Shown piece after piece: positions 21,692-32,455 of a stretch of DNA of 34,344 nucleotides. The position numbers were made by a program, and so were the translations under genes. Origin of the DNA: Octopus bimaculoides (Eukaryota); assembly GCF_001194135.2 (NCBI RefSeq), contig NC_068986.1, positions 27,338,945 to 27,373,288 on the forward strand, written 5' to 3'. Below the pieces are notes generated by a model. That model was not told where the DNA came from, did no database searches, and worked only from the letters and a program-made list of their open reading frames with translations. Every line of letters starts with the position of its first letter. The first letter of the stretch is position 1.

Positions 21692-21960
21692 AGCCAGTCC
21701 CTCTACAGAGCTTGCAACTTGCTTGGGCATCACAGGGTCCAGCCAGCAGAAGGCCATCATGTTGGATGTAGAGGCAGCTGAGGTTTCCTCAAGGTGGCTG
21801 TGGATTGGGAGGTGCAAGCCCTGAAACAGACAGTGCTACAGTGGTAACTGGGGCTTGATCGGCCCTGGCTGGGTTGCTTGGGTGAGAGTGTTTGCTGAAA
21901 GACCCAAAGCACCAAAAGATGCCAGGAAACAACACTGATGATGTTTCCATGCACATCACA
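21692..21960 (+). mobile_element. 3' end of a HERO-like RLE non-LTR retrotransposon (C-terminal ORF plus 3' UTR)
   Basis: 21723-21824 encodes LGITGSSQQKAIMLDVEAAEVSSRWLWIGRCKP*, preceded by frameshifted QSLYRACNLL, matching the HERO/R2-superfamily C-terminus (LGI.G....A......AE..SRWLW.KR). Downstream GATCGGCCCTGGCTGGGTTGCTTGGGTGAGAGTG..GAAAGACCCAAAGCACC..ACTGATGATGT matches the HERO 3' UTR as I recall it. Confidence 0.75.
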
Positions 21961-22273
21961 GGATGATGTTTGGAAAAAAAAACCATGAGAACAATGTTGA
22001 GTTAGCAGTGAAACTTGTCAGCCATGTATATTGACATCAACAGATTAAATGATATATCAGGTAGAGAGGTATTTGTGTATAATAAATTGCTTCTTTGAAT
22101 GGCATGTTAACATTGCTTAGTTTTGGTGCAGTAACAGTAAGGCTGGTATTGAGATAGTGTAAATACCACATGTTCAACATAAAATTAAGTTTTGACTTGA
22201 ACCACAAGACTTAGTGGTAAATAATCAATTAGTTGTGTGGAAGCTAATCCCTAGAAGCACATTTACTAAGAAC

Positions 22274-22496
22274 TTAACCCTTTTGTTATTACAGTTCCTT
22301 TGAAGTACACTATCTCTTTGTCAATTTGAAAAGAATAAAGATTTAGTACAATATCTTTGCCATCATTAAGCCGGTGTTTGGAATATAAATTAACATGAAA
22401 TTTGATGGAAGGTTTTAATTTAGACCACTTTACAACAGGAAGTTTGTATCATAGAACCAGAGGTGGTCTCAGGTGGGTTGGTATCAAAAGGATTAA
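22274..22496 (+). mobile_element. TTAA-flanked MITE with TIRs (piggyBac-like)
   Basis: Left TTAA-CCCTTTTGTTA and right GGTATCAAAAGGA-TTAA are imperfect inverted ends with TTAA on both sides. An inverted second copy lies at 29721-29960. Confidence 0.7.
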
Positions 22497-22713
22497 GGTG
22501 TTGATCTTCAAATAGCTATTAAACTTTGCTTTGAACAAGGCACATAACTTTGCTTACTCTATTATGCTGGACTGACAAAAGCAGGTTTTACTCTCTTCAG
22601 TGGGTAATGGGTTGCAAGAGCATCCAGATGGAAAATGTCTGCTTTAAAAGGAATCCCTTCTATTTCTTACAAGCTAAGAAAAATAGATATAAGATAGGAG
22701 GAGGAGACCAGCA

Positions 22714-22846
22714 CTGATTTCAGATTTGGCACAAGGCCAGCAATTTCAAGGGAGGGGACAAGTTCCCCCCCCCCCCCAGTGCTTGACTGGTACTTATTTT
22801 ATCAATTCTGAAAGGGTGAAAGGTAAAGTTGACCTTGGCAGAATTT
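22714..22846 (-). mobile_element. 5'-truncated SINE family B with a 13-bp target-site duplication
   Basis: GGTACTTATTTTATC..GAAAGGTAAAGTTGACCTTGGCAGAATTT is antisense family B. It is flanked by the direct repeat GAGGAGACCAGCA at 22701-22713 and 22847-22859. Confidence 0.85.
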
Positions 22847-22899
22847 GAGGAGACCAGCATTAAAAACGGTACAATATTGTGAAATAGAGTTGGAAACAC

Positions 22900-23040
22900 G
22901 GTTTTTAAATTAGATGTTTCAAATTCAAATCTTACCACCTTTCATTCGTTTGGTATTAACGAAATAAGTGCCAAAATGAGAAAATTGATTCAATCAACTA
23001 GACTCTCCATATAAAAATTATAATTTGTGCCTAACTAAAA
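22900..23040 (+). mobile_element. Degenerate SINE family B
   Basis: TTCAAATCTTACCACCTTTCATTCGTTTGG..AAATAAGTGCC..TCAATCAACT..TTTGTGCC. Confidence 0.45.
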
Positions 23041-23249
23041 ATAAATCGACATTGAGTAAGTCTGTGATTTATTGTGTAATGTTTAGGTGATCATAATAAT
23101 CTTATGTTGTGATGTTTGTGCTTTGAAGCTTGAGTGATCTTCATACTATTGTTCATTATGTGATATTTGAGTAGAATTAGGTGTTCATTGATTTTGGAAT
23201 TTAATACGAACCCTACTGCTGAACTTAAATGCTGGGGCTTGTACCATGC

Positions 23250-23600
23250 ACAGATATAATCATATGACTAAAGAGTTCATTTCGCAACTACATAGTTCTG
23301 GGTTTGATTCCACTGCATAACACTTTGGTAAGCATCTTAAGGTAACCTTGAATTTCTCAATGACTAGTGAGGAATTTGATAAGCAGGGACTGTGCAGAAG
23401 TGTAGCATTTATGAATGTCTATGTTTATGTTTATCTGTATAAATCAGTATGTGTCTCTTTATGTTAAAATTTAACTTAGTACATGCTAAATAGAGACCTA
23501 TTAAATAAATAATGGAGCCATTGTGATTGACCAAAATCCTTAGAGGTGCTACTCCAGCATGGCCACAGTTCTGCAGCTAAAACCAGTGAGAAAAAAAAGA
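23250..23600 (+). mobile_element. Degenerate full-length SINE family A
   Basis: CATAGTTCTGGGTTTGATTCCACTGC head and CTCCAGCATGGCCACAG..AAACCAGTGAGAAAA tail. Confidence 0.6.
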
Positions 23601-25592
23601 AAGCTCTTGGTTGACTAATAAAATCTTGTTGATGTTTATGTGTAAATTAAAACCCTTCTCATTTTGATATATATGTTGGAGCTGACAGTCTAGATTGGTT
23701 GCAAGCTTTGTTTAGGGAAGAAACAATTTCTGATAAGCAATGCAAACTGAAGCTGGTTTGCTTGCACGGATGGCTGGATACACACACAAGCATGCATGTG
23801 TATGCATGCACTATGACATGTTAATCAATCTCACAGATGGCTAACTGATTATTTTCATTCAAAGATCAGCCAATGATCATGCCATTAGACTGGTGTAAAA
23901 CAAAAAGATGATAGTTAAATGTGAGAAGAAAAGGCTAATTAAACTTTAGAGACCCCCATTCCCTCTCATCCACCCACTAGTTTTCTGGCAACACTGCTCA
24001 ACCGCTGTGTTTAAATAGACAACCCTGGTGCAATGTTAATTAACAGCTGAAGTTGCAAGTGGTAAGTTAGCAGAAATTTGGTGTTATAAAAATATTGTGC
24101 CAGGCAATTCACACCAGCTTAATGTGCAGATCTAAATTTGATTACTCCAGTGGTTCTTTGAAAGAGATTATAGGTTGTTATTGTTGTTGTTTAGCCTGGG
24201 TCAGCCTGCATTGAGTAGACTTATGTATGATCAAAGAAGATTATAAGTTTGTTTTGTCTGGCAACTGAAATCTATTTGAAGTGTTAATAAACGTATTGTT
24301 GTTTTAGTAAACACTTATGCCAGTTGAAGCTTACAGCAAGGACTGACACCTAAAAGATGTTTAAAAAGTAAAGAAGCAAAGAAATATTGGTTGCATAAAT
24401 GATGCAGGTTAAGCTATGTGCTATCACATAAAGCAGATTGTTTACTTCTTATCCTGAGCATCTAAATTATTTGCCACTTGATAACACAAGTAAAGACAGA
24501 AGAGCTGGCCTGTAAAATTTGTGTAAGCTTAAGTTGTGTTGTCATGGTTAAAGAGCAATTAAATTTCTAGTGAGAATAAATGTTGCCATTTGATGAAGAT
24601 TTTCGCAGTTTGCTGAGTGTATGAAAATAGGCGATGATGCTGATATAGCAATAAACTAGAATTTCCAAAATTCCACAACTGCATTATTTGGTACTGGTTT
24701 ATGGGACAAAATCAGTATATGACTATCATTTCTTCAGTGGTCTGCTAGAGAGGCAAAAGTCACAAGTAAAACTCTTTTTCTCCTGCAGAGGCAGCTTCTG
24801 GTTTGATTTACAAACAAACTTTATGCATTCTTTGCAATAAATGTGTCGATTGTTCCATCAAATATTATTTCATAGTTCAAGATATTTTATTCTCTGGTTT
24901 TCGCGTCAGTTTTGTTTCAAAGAGTTGACTGACTCCATTCTCAAATGAAGCATGTTTTAAACACTTTCACTTCAGGGAAATTTATGCTTTTAAAACATTT
25001 TTGGAACATATTCCAATCCTAAAAAGTTTTACAAAATGTTTTCCCCATTTCATTACCAACCAAATTGATACTGTCTGTTAGTGAAGAATACCAAAGCACC
25101 TGAGACTGCTTGCTTTTGCAGATTCATGTTTAAATTAAAATATCAACCTAAATATCATTTCTGTATTAGTGATAACATGTAAATTTTCCTAGATAAACAT
25201 TTGCTGTATAATACCTAAATATTTTTAGTTGTAAGTTCTACTTTTTCCAGATTTTAGGATATAATTTTTGTGTATGCTGCCATCTCCCTATTCTATAATG
25301 CACTCTTTTTTTTTTTTTTTAATATAGTAAAAAGGAATTTGTGAAATTATATAAGATTTAGTAATAAATAGCTTCTCTGAATTTAAATGATTTTTTTCAA
25401 ATGTAAACAAGTACAAAAGCTGCATCAAGTTTAATTCATGTCAGTGGATTTTGGACTGTATATTTCAAGTTTCCAGCAACAAGATTGAAAGCTAAAGCTT
25501 CCAGAAAGAGAATGGAATAAAAGCTTTTAAAATGCTTGTCTTCCCAAATTTTCCATAACTGAACCTAATCAGTCATCCTCATGATTCAATAT

Positions 25593-25631
<39 letters not shown>

Positions 25632-25764
25632 NNNNNNNNNNNNNNNNNNNNNNNNNNNNNNNNNNNNNNNNNNNNNNNNNNNNNNNNNNNNNNNNNNNNN
25701 NNNNNNNNNNNNNNNNNNNNNNNNNNNNNNNNNNNNATATATTTCAGTTTCTATCATCAAATTC

Positions 25765-25862
25765 ACTAAAAAGACACTTGTCTAAGGCGTCACACAGTGG
25801 GACTGAACCCAAAGCTACATGGTTGGGAAGAAAAGTTCTTGACCATGCAGCCATGCTTGTGC
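25765..25862 (-). mobile_element. 5' head of SINE family A
   Basis: AAGACACTTGTCTAAGG..CAGTGGGACTGAACCC..CATGGTTGGGAAG..CAGCCATGCTTG is the reverse complement of the family A head. Confidence 0.75.
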
Positions 25863-25894
25863 TGGTATTGAGTAAAATGGGAAGTTTCTCTGTA

Positions 25895-26126
25895 ATGTTT
25901 GTCAACCTGAATGATGTGTTTGACATAGTTTCTGTGATCCTCTCAAGGAAATACTGATGAAGCTAGAAGTATCAAAGAAGTTTACCAACTTAGTGAAGGA
26001 GATGCAAAAACATTGAGTGCTTTGCAGACAAAGAATTCTCATATTTCTCTGCAACTGTAGTGAAAGCAGGGTGAAGTGATTATGCCTTTCATGTGCATTG
26101 TCTTCTTCGTTGCTGTTTTGGATGCA
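25895..26126 (+). mobile_element. Decayed RTE-clade reverse transcriptase fragment
   Basis: Successive frameshifted peptides MFVNLNDVFDIVS, ILMKLEVSKKFTNLVKEMQ and KQGEVIMPFMCIVFFVAVLDA match the RTE RT motifs FVDLTKAFDTV, IL.KLG.P.KFVNL...MH and KQGCV.AP.LF.IFF..ML. Confidence 0.75.
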
Positions 26127-26154
26127 TCTCTATATGCTTGGATACATGCATTCT

Positions 26155-26288
26155 CACACATACATACACACATACATACGCACATACATACATACATACA
26201 TATATACATACATACATACATACATATAAAAGTATATATGTATATAAGTACATTTATGTATATCTACACACACACACACACACACAGA

Positions 26289-26320
<32 letters not shown>
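26155..26320. repeat. (CATA)n/(CA)n microsatellite
   Basis: Directly visible. Confidence 0.95.
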
Positions 26321-26321
<1 letters not shown>

Positions 26322-27227
26322 ATGTACCAGCAACAAGTATCTGTACAGTTACACCCAACAGTCTATGGTTGTACAGATACATATCAACTGAAAATTCTTG
26401 AGCTGAGTGTTGTTATATTTTGCTGTTTTTATGTAATTATTGTGACTATATCTATATAAGACACAGTTTACTTTGACCAAAGAATAATATCTTGGAATAA
26501 GTTATCTGCTGCTCCTCAGCCAATTCATTATTAGTCAAATCCCCCACACACACCACCTCGCTGATAAAACACTGCATTGTGGGCCACTTTATACCTTTTG
26601 CTCTACTGACCTGAGAGAGGGAAGCTTGCTGGTGCAATACCAAATACAACTGACAATATGTGTGCAATTCGATGATTTACTATATACTCACTTTGAATTA
26701 CCTCATGTGAGGTGCTAACAGTTTCTTACTCTGGTACAAACCCACAAATTTCCTCAAGAAAAAATCAACCACAGAACATGTCTGGTAGTTAGCATATATG
26801 CAGCCACACATACACACTCAGAGTATAAATTTCACATGATATAAAGCATATATTTCACATGATTTATAATTTAGTTGTCGAAAATAATTATGAATCATAT
26901 GTGAAATCCATACTTTTCTTCTTTTTAGTATACTTAAATGTGTTGCTCACAACTATCATTTTAGCCAATTCTCAGTATATATGCTAGATTAATCCATCAA
27001 TTCATATATGCAATGTAATCATGTATTGGTGTTTAACAATATATTAATAATTAAACTCTTAAATACAATGAATATATTTTATTGTGTTATGTTTATGTAC
27101 TTGCTTTGCAAGCTTCTTGATGGGAAAACGTGTGTTGAAACTAATAACAGATAAAACTAAAGTGAAGATGAAAGAAATAATGCATGTGTTTAATTGGCAA
27201 AAGATGACCATCCCCAAATACCACAAT

Positions 27228-27617
27228 GTTGTTGTTGTTGGCACTCCGTTGCTTACGACGTCGAGTGTTCCAGTTGAACCGATCAATGGAACAGCCTGCT
27301 CATGAAATTAACATGCAAGTGGCTGTGCACTCCACAGACACGTGTACCCTTAACGTAGTTCTCGGGGATATTCAGCGTGACACAGTGTGACAGGGCTGAC
27401 CCTTTGAATTACAGGCACAACAGGAACAGGAAGTAAGAGTGAGAGAAAGTTGCGGTGAAAGAGTACAGCAGAGTTCGCCACCATCCCTTGCTGGAACCTC
27501 GTGGAGCTTTAGGTGTTTTCACTCAATAAGCACTCAGAACGCCCAGTCTGGAAATCGAAACTGCGATCCATTGTCCGCAAGTCCGCTGCCCTAACCACTG
27601 GGCCATTGTGCCTCCAC
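27228..27617 (-). mobile_element. Full-length tRNA-derived SINE, family D, with (CAA)n tail
   Basis: The minus strand begins GTGGAGGCACAATGGCCCAGTGGTTAGGGCAGCGGACT (A box) ..GTTTCGATTTCC (B-box-like), has a CpG-rich body and ends GGAGTGCCAACAACAAC. Confidence 0.9.
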
Positions 27618-28217
27618 AACCGCAAGATATTATGTTTATACTTCAAATTTGAGAGGGGGGAGGAGGGAGGGAGTGTCAGTGATTGAGAGTGAGTGAGTGT
27701 GTGTGTGTGTGGAATAGTTTTGAAAAGAATAAATATGATAAAAAGAACATCATCAAATGAATGTTATAGTCTTTTGAGATAGTACTATTTCTCTCTTTCA
27801 CCAACCCATATTGTTTCCTTCACTGGCAATCTTTCTTGAAGAATTGCAAGTGTTCTGTTATGCAATTAAAAGTTGATCAGGTCTATGCAATGAGCTCCTC
27901 TTGATTATTTAGCTAAAATATGCTGGCATTGATAAATCTATCTTATGTGACTTCACATTGTTTTTAGAGCGTATGATGATGGTGATAAGAGATATTATTC
28001 CCCACGCATACACACCTAAAATATTAGTGATGTTTGCATGTTTATAATGTGTGTAGAAACATATTGTCAATTGGTGGTGGATACGATATATAAATATTGC
28101 ATTTAGTTGTGAACTGGAAAACGAAAGTTTCATCACCATTTTGCTTCCAACGTTATTTTTTATGTCTGAAAAATCAAATATATATGCAATTACTTTACAT
28201 ATACATACAAACATACA

Positions 28218-28255
<38 letters not shown>

Positions 28256-28832
28256 TGTATGCATTTATAAATATACATGTGCAGTATTATTGTGTATGCA
28301 CACATACTTGCATGTGCTATTTACTTGCAAATATGTGTGTCTCTTTATGTATTTATAGACACACATACATATGCTAGACACACAAATAAATATGTAATTT
28401 TATTGTGTGTGTGTGTATATTTGTATATATATATTCATACATAAATCTATACTTAAATTCAAATGCTATACAATTTATATATCTGTGAATGTAAATGATT
28501 ATATTTTAAAATATAAATTCACACACACATACACCCATAGAGAGAAGCACTCACACACACACACACATACACACATAGAGAGAAGCACTCACACACACAC
28601 ATATTTCCTCAGAAAGATTACACAATATTCTATTTATTGATAAAGTAAATAAAACCGAAAGAAGAGAAGGGTGTGGTGGCAGGGGGGGACCAGTGGGTGG
28701 AAAGAAAAACAATAGATTTCTATGATGTTTGAAACAATTTGTTTCATTTCTTGCCTAAACAAACCATGAGAGAGATGTAAATAGTTTTATCTGGTGTGGG
28801 GGAGAAGATAAATAGATAAATAAGTGTGTAAA

Positions 28833-28863
<31 letters not shown>

Positions 28864-29720
28864 CCACACACAATATAGAAGAGAAAGAGAGAATGAGTGA
28901 GTGAGTGAGAGAGAGAGCGAGAAACTTGATTAGTATGCTATCTACTAGTCATAGTACTCGTTGTATAACAATGTTTATTATATCAGTGGCAGTTAACAGC
29001 GATTCTTTAACTTAACCATGAGTCAACAGACTGTTGCTGTCATTGTTGTTAATGCTGTTGTTCGTTTCCCATCACATCACAGCAGCCAACAACTGAGAGA
29101 GAGAGAGGTAGAGAGAGAGAGAGAGAGATTTGCTGAGCTGGAATTGAGGCATATAGATACAGTAGGAGGTGATTTGACAGTTGTGTAAACAGTGGGAGGG
29201 ATTCTTTTGTTGTTTATTTTACAGGTTCTGGTGTTGTTGTTGTTGTTGTTGTGTGGCTCTTTGTAATAGTCAATATTTTGAAATGATCTGGTGTGTCTGT
29301 GTGCCTCTGTGTGTGTGTGTGTGTATTTGTCAAATAGAGACAAAATTACCATTACACCATTATGTTCACCTCTGTCTTCCTTGGGTGTGTGTAGTATTAT
29401 TGTCTTTTGGGGGATTAGAAAGGTGTTCATGTTTGCTGTATCATGGCATTCGTGTTGTCATTGTTTCTTGTATTTTTAATGTTTTTGAATGTGACTACTG
29501 TCAGATATGTGCTGTTATTGTTTTGTATTGACTGAGTCTCTTGTGTAGAATGTCTGTTCTGCCAAATTGGCCTGTTTGTCTGGGGAAGACAATGTTTGTA
29601 AATCTGAGTTCCTTAGAACGTTGTTTTTTGTCCTTTAAAATTTTTTTATCATACCTAGTGAATCCTTTATTTATGCTCTTTACATAATTTCATTTCTGGG
29701 TCCTTGTTTTTGAAGTTTCT

Positions 29721-29960
29721 TTAACCATTTGATACTAACCCACCTAAAACTGCCCCTGGTTCTATAATTCAAACTTCTTATTTTGAAGAGATCTTAATTA
29801 AAACCATCCATCAAAATTTCATGTTAGTTTATATTCCAAATAAATACCAACTTAATGATAGTAAACATTATTTTACTAAACTCCTCATTATTTTCAAAAT
29901 TAATTGAAACAAAAACAATGTATTATGACAGAAATTTGAGATAAAGCTGTTAGAGGGAAA
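29721..29960 (-). mobile_element. Second copy of the TTAA MITE, inverted
   Basis: TTAACCATTTGATACTAACCCACC..CTGGTTCTAT..CAAACTTC..AAAACC(A)TCCATCAAAATTTCATGTT..TTATATTCCAAA is the reverse complement of 22340-22496. The far end is decayed. Confidence 0.6.
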
Positions 29961-31412
29961 AGGAACCATTTGTAATCAAGTATTTGAAAGTCAACTAGGC
30001 TAGTCTTCTTTGGGGTTTACATAAGGGGTATACTTCTCAATGGGGCTAAAACATGGAATATGTAGAAGGAGCTTCAAGATTGCCTTGGTGATAATATATG
30101 CCAGGTCTTTCATGGGAACTCAAAATATTTCATGTGTGAACACAAGACCAAAAAGGAGATTTATGAACACATTCTACCCATCTCTACAATTGTTGTACAA
30201 TGTAAGGCAACAAGCCATATCAGATGTTAAAGTTTCTCACTGTTGTAGAGGAAACACTCCCATGTCATTTTTTTCCCTGCTTTTTTTTCTTTCTCGTTTA
30301 TTTGCTTCTCAAGTATTTTCAGTATTTCAAAGCTGTTAATCTCCTTTTTTGTTTTAGATGCTTTTTTCATAAAACTTAATCTGACTTTAAACAGCTATTA
30401 TTGGTGCAGCACTTAAGTACCCCAATTCTTGAGTATATTAATTTTGTCAATGTTGATAGGATATTTGTTGTCTTGAGCATAGCACATAGCAACTAAACTC
30501 AGGTTATGTTCAGATCACGAAGGAAAGATCAGCAAGCATGGAGGGAGAAGTAAGGTGACACTGTGGTATGTACTAAGCTTTCAAATATATAGGTTGCTTG
30601 GTAACGTCTTACTCACATGTGTTGGTCATGGTGGTTATGCATGTAAGACGATGTTGCCAAGAAACCTATGCATTTGATTGTTTAGCGAAGAAATGTGAAC
30701 AAAAGATTAGTTTATTAATTTTCGTTTACTTGATTTTTAAGCTTAATCTAAATTTTACTTTTATGTATTTTTATTATTTAAAAAAATGTTTTTCTATATA
30801 TATATATTTTTTTCTTTCTCATTGTAAGAATTCATTTCAATTTGTTACAAAACGTTTGGGAGTGTTCTTAGATGTAATCATGGGTTAATTTACAGAACAC
30901 TCAATCAACACTTGCTGCAATAGAAAATAAAAAGAAAAAAAGAAAGAAATGCAAAAAAACAAAAAAACACAAAAAAAACACCCCTTCTTATCTGTGGTTT
31001 AGGTCTGGTTTCTGATGAGTAATTGTGACTGATTATACAAAAGGCTTGCCAGCATATTGACTGACAAACATATCAGAATGGATACAAGATCACATTGTGC
31101 AATAATGTTATTTTTACCACATGGCGCTTTTTGAGCTCTTTCAACTTCTCGCTCTCTTTCTCTTTCCCCCTTAATATGCAGGTCTTTCCTATCTGTGTCT
31201 CATTCTTCTGTTATCACCATTGATTTCCATTCCTCTTTAATTAAACTTCATTAGGTCTGTACTGAAGTGTGAGGATGGGACTGTTGTTAATGAAATAGAG
31301 AACTGGTCAAACTTTTCTTCACTGTGGAAGCAATTAGTCTCATTTAAATGCTCTATTTCTTTTAAGATTCTTTCCAGCTCATGTGTGCATTTAATCATCA
31401 TCATCATCATGT

Positions 31413-31640
31413 AAGGCAGTGAGCTGGCAGAAACATTAGCACACTGGGCAAAATGCTTCACAGCATTTCGTCCATCTTTATGTTCTGAGTTCAAATTCCA
31501 CCGAGGTTGACTTTGCCTTTCATCCTTTTGGGGTTCATAAAAAAATGTACCTGTGGAATACTGGGGTAGATGTAATCAACTATCTCCCCTTCCCTAAAAT
31601 TTCAGGCCTTGTGCCTTTAGTAGAAATTATTATTATTATT
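31413..31640 (+). mobile_element. SINE family B, full length, (ATT)n tail
   Basis: AAGGCAGTGAGCTGGCAGAA head, GAGTTCAAATTCCACCGAGGTTGACTTTGCCTTTCATCC core. Confidence 0.85.
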
Positions 31641-31644
31641 AAAA

Positions 31645-31753
31645 CCAGTGGCCTGGTGCAGCCTCTGGCTTTCCAGACCTCAGTCAAACCATCCAACTCA
31701 TGCCAGCATGGGAAATGGATGTTAAACGATAACGTTGATGATGATGATGATGA
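31645..31753 (+). mobile_element. Family C retroposon 3' end with (GAT)n tail
   Basis: CAGTCAAACCATCCAACTCATGCCAGCATGGGAAATGGATGTTAAAC..(GAT)n. Confidence 0.7.
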
Positions 31754-31777
31754 TTATTATCATTATTATCATTATTA

Positions 31778-32012
31778 TTTATTTCGTTATTGCCCACGGG
31801 AGGGGGGGGGGCTAAACATAGAGGGGGACAAACAAGGATAGACAAAAGGATTAAGTTGATTACATCGACCCCAGTGCGTAACTGGTACTTAATTTATCGA
31901 CCTCGAAAGGATGAAAGGCAAAGTCGACCTTGGCAGAATTTGAACTCAGAATGTAACAGCAGATGAAATACCGCTGAGCATTTCACCAGGCGAGCTAACA
32001 TTTCTGGCAGCT
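31778..32012 (-). mobile_element. SINE family B variant with a different 3' tail, antisense
   Basis: ACTGGTACTTAATTTATCGACCTCGAAAGGATGAAAGGCAAAGTCGACCTTGGCAGAATTTGAACTCAG is the antisense family B core with CpGs retained. Its 3' part (..CCCCCTCTATGTTTAGCCCC..GGGCAATAACGAAAT) differs from the other copies. Confidence 0.85.
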
Positions 32013-32019
32013 TTTTGCA

Positions 32020-32200
32020 GGCCAGACAAAATGCTTAGCATTTCTTCTGGCTTTGTGTTCCGAGTTCAAATTCCACCAAGGTTGACTTTGCCTTTCATCC
32101 TTTTGGGGTTCATAAAAAAAGTACCTGTGGAATACTGGGTTAGATGTAATCAACTATCTCCTCTTCCCCAAATTCCAGGCCTTGTGCCTTTAGTAGAAAT
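32020..32200 (+). mobile_element. SINE family B, 5'-truncated
   Basis: Same core as 31487-31627. Confidence 0.85.
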
Positions 32201-32228
32201 AATAATAATAATAATTATTTTTATTATT

Positions 32229-32455
32229 AAGTTGGCGAGCTGGCAGAATAGTTAGCACACCAGGCGAAATGCTTAGCAGTATTTCATCTGTCTTCATGTT
32301 CTGAGTTCAAATGCTGCTAGAGTTGACTTTACCTTTCATCCTTTCAGGGTTGATAAATTAAGTACCAATTACACACTGGAGTTGTTGTAATCGACTGGTC
32401 CTCTCCCAAAATTTCGGTCCTTGTGCTTAAAGTAGAAAGGATTATTATTATTATT
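32229..32455 (+). mobile_element. SINE family B, full length, (ATT)n tail
   Basis: AAGTTGGCGAGCTGGCAGAA head, CCTTTCATCCTTTCAGGGTTGATAAATTAAGTACC core. Confidence 0.85.

Noticed and set aside
23650-23800. Protein-like frame DIYVGADSLDWLQALFREE..
   Set aside because: No upstream acceptor or start codon, and it runs into simple repeats.
27560-27617. tRNA-like A/B boxes as a tRNA gene
   Set aside because: No complete cloverleaf, and the sequence continues into a SINE body and tail. The same applies to the family A and B heads.
31256-31410. Open frame SVLKCEDGTVVNEIENWSNF.. after a TAG acceptor
   Set aside because: No donor, ends in (ATC)n, and the opposite strand is equally open, so there is no discriminating evidence.
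2735-32455. Orientation bias of family B SINEs (8 sense, 2 antisense)
   Set aside because: Too few copies, and several are clustered and non-independent, so I cannot claim a bias.
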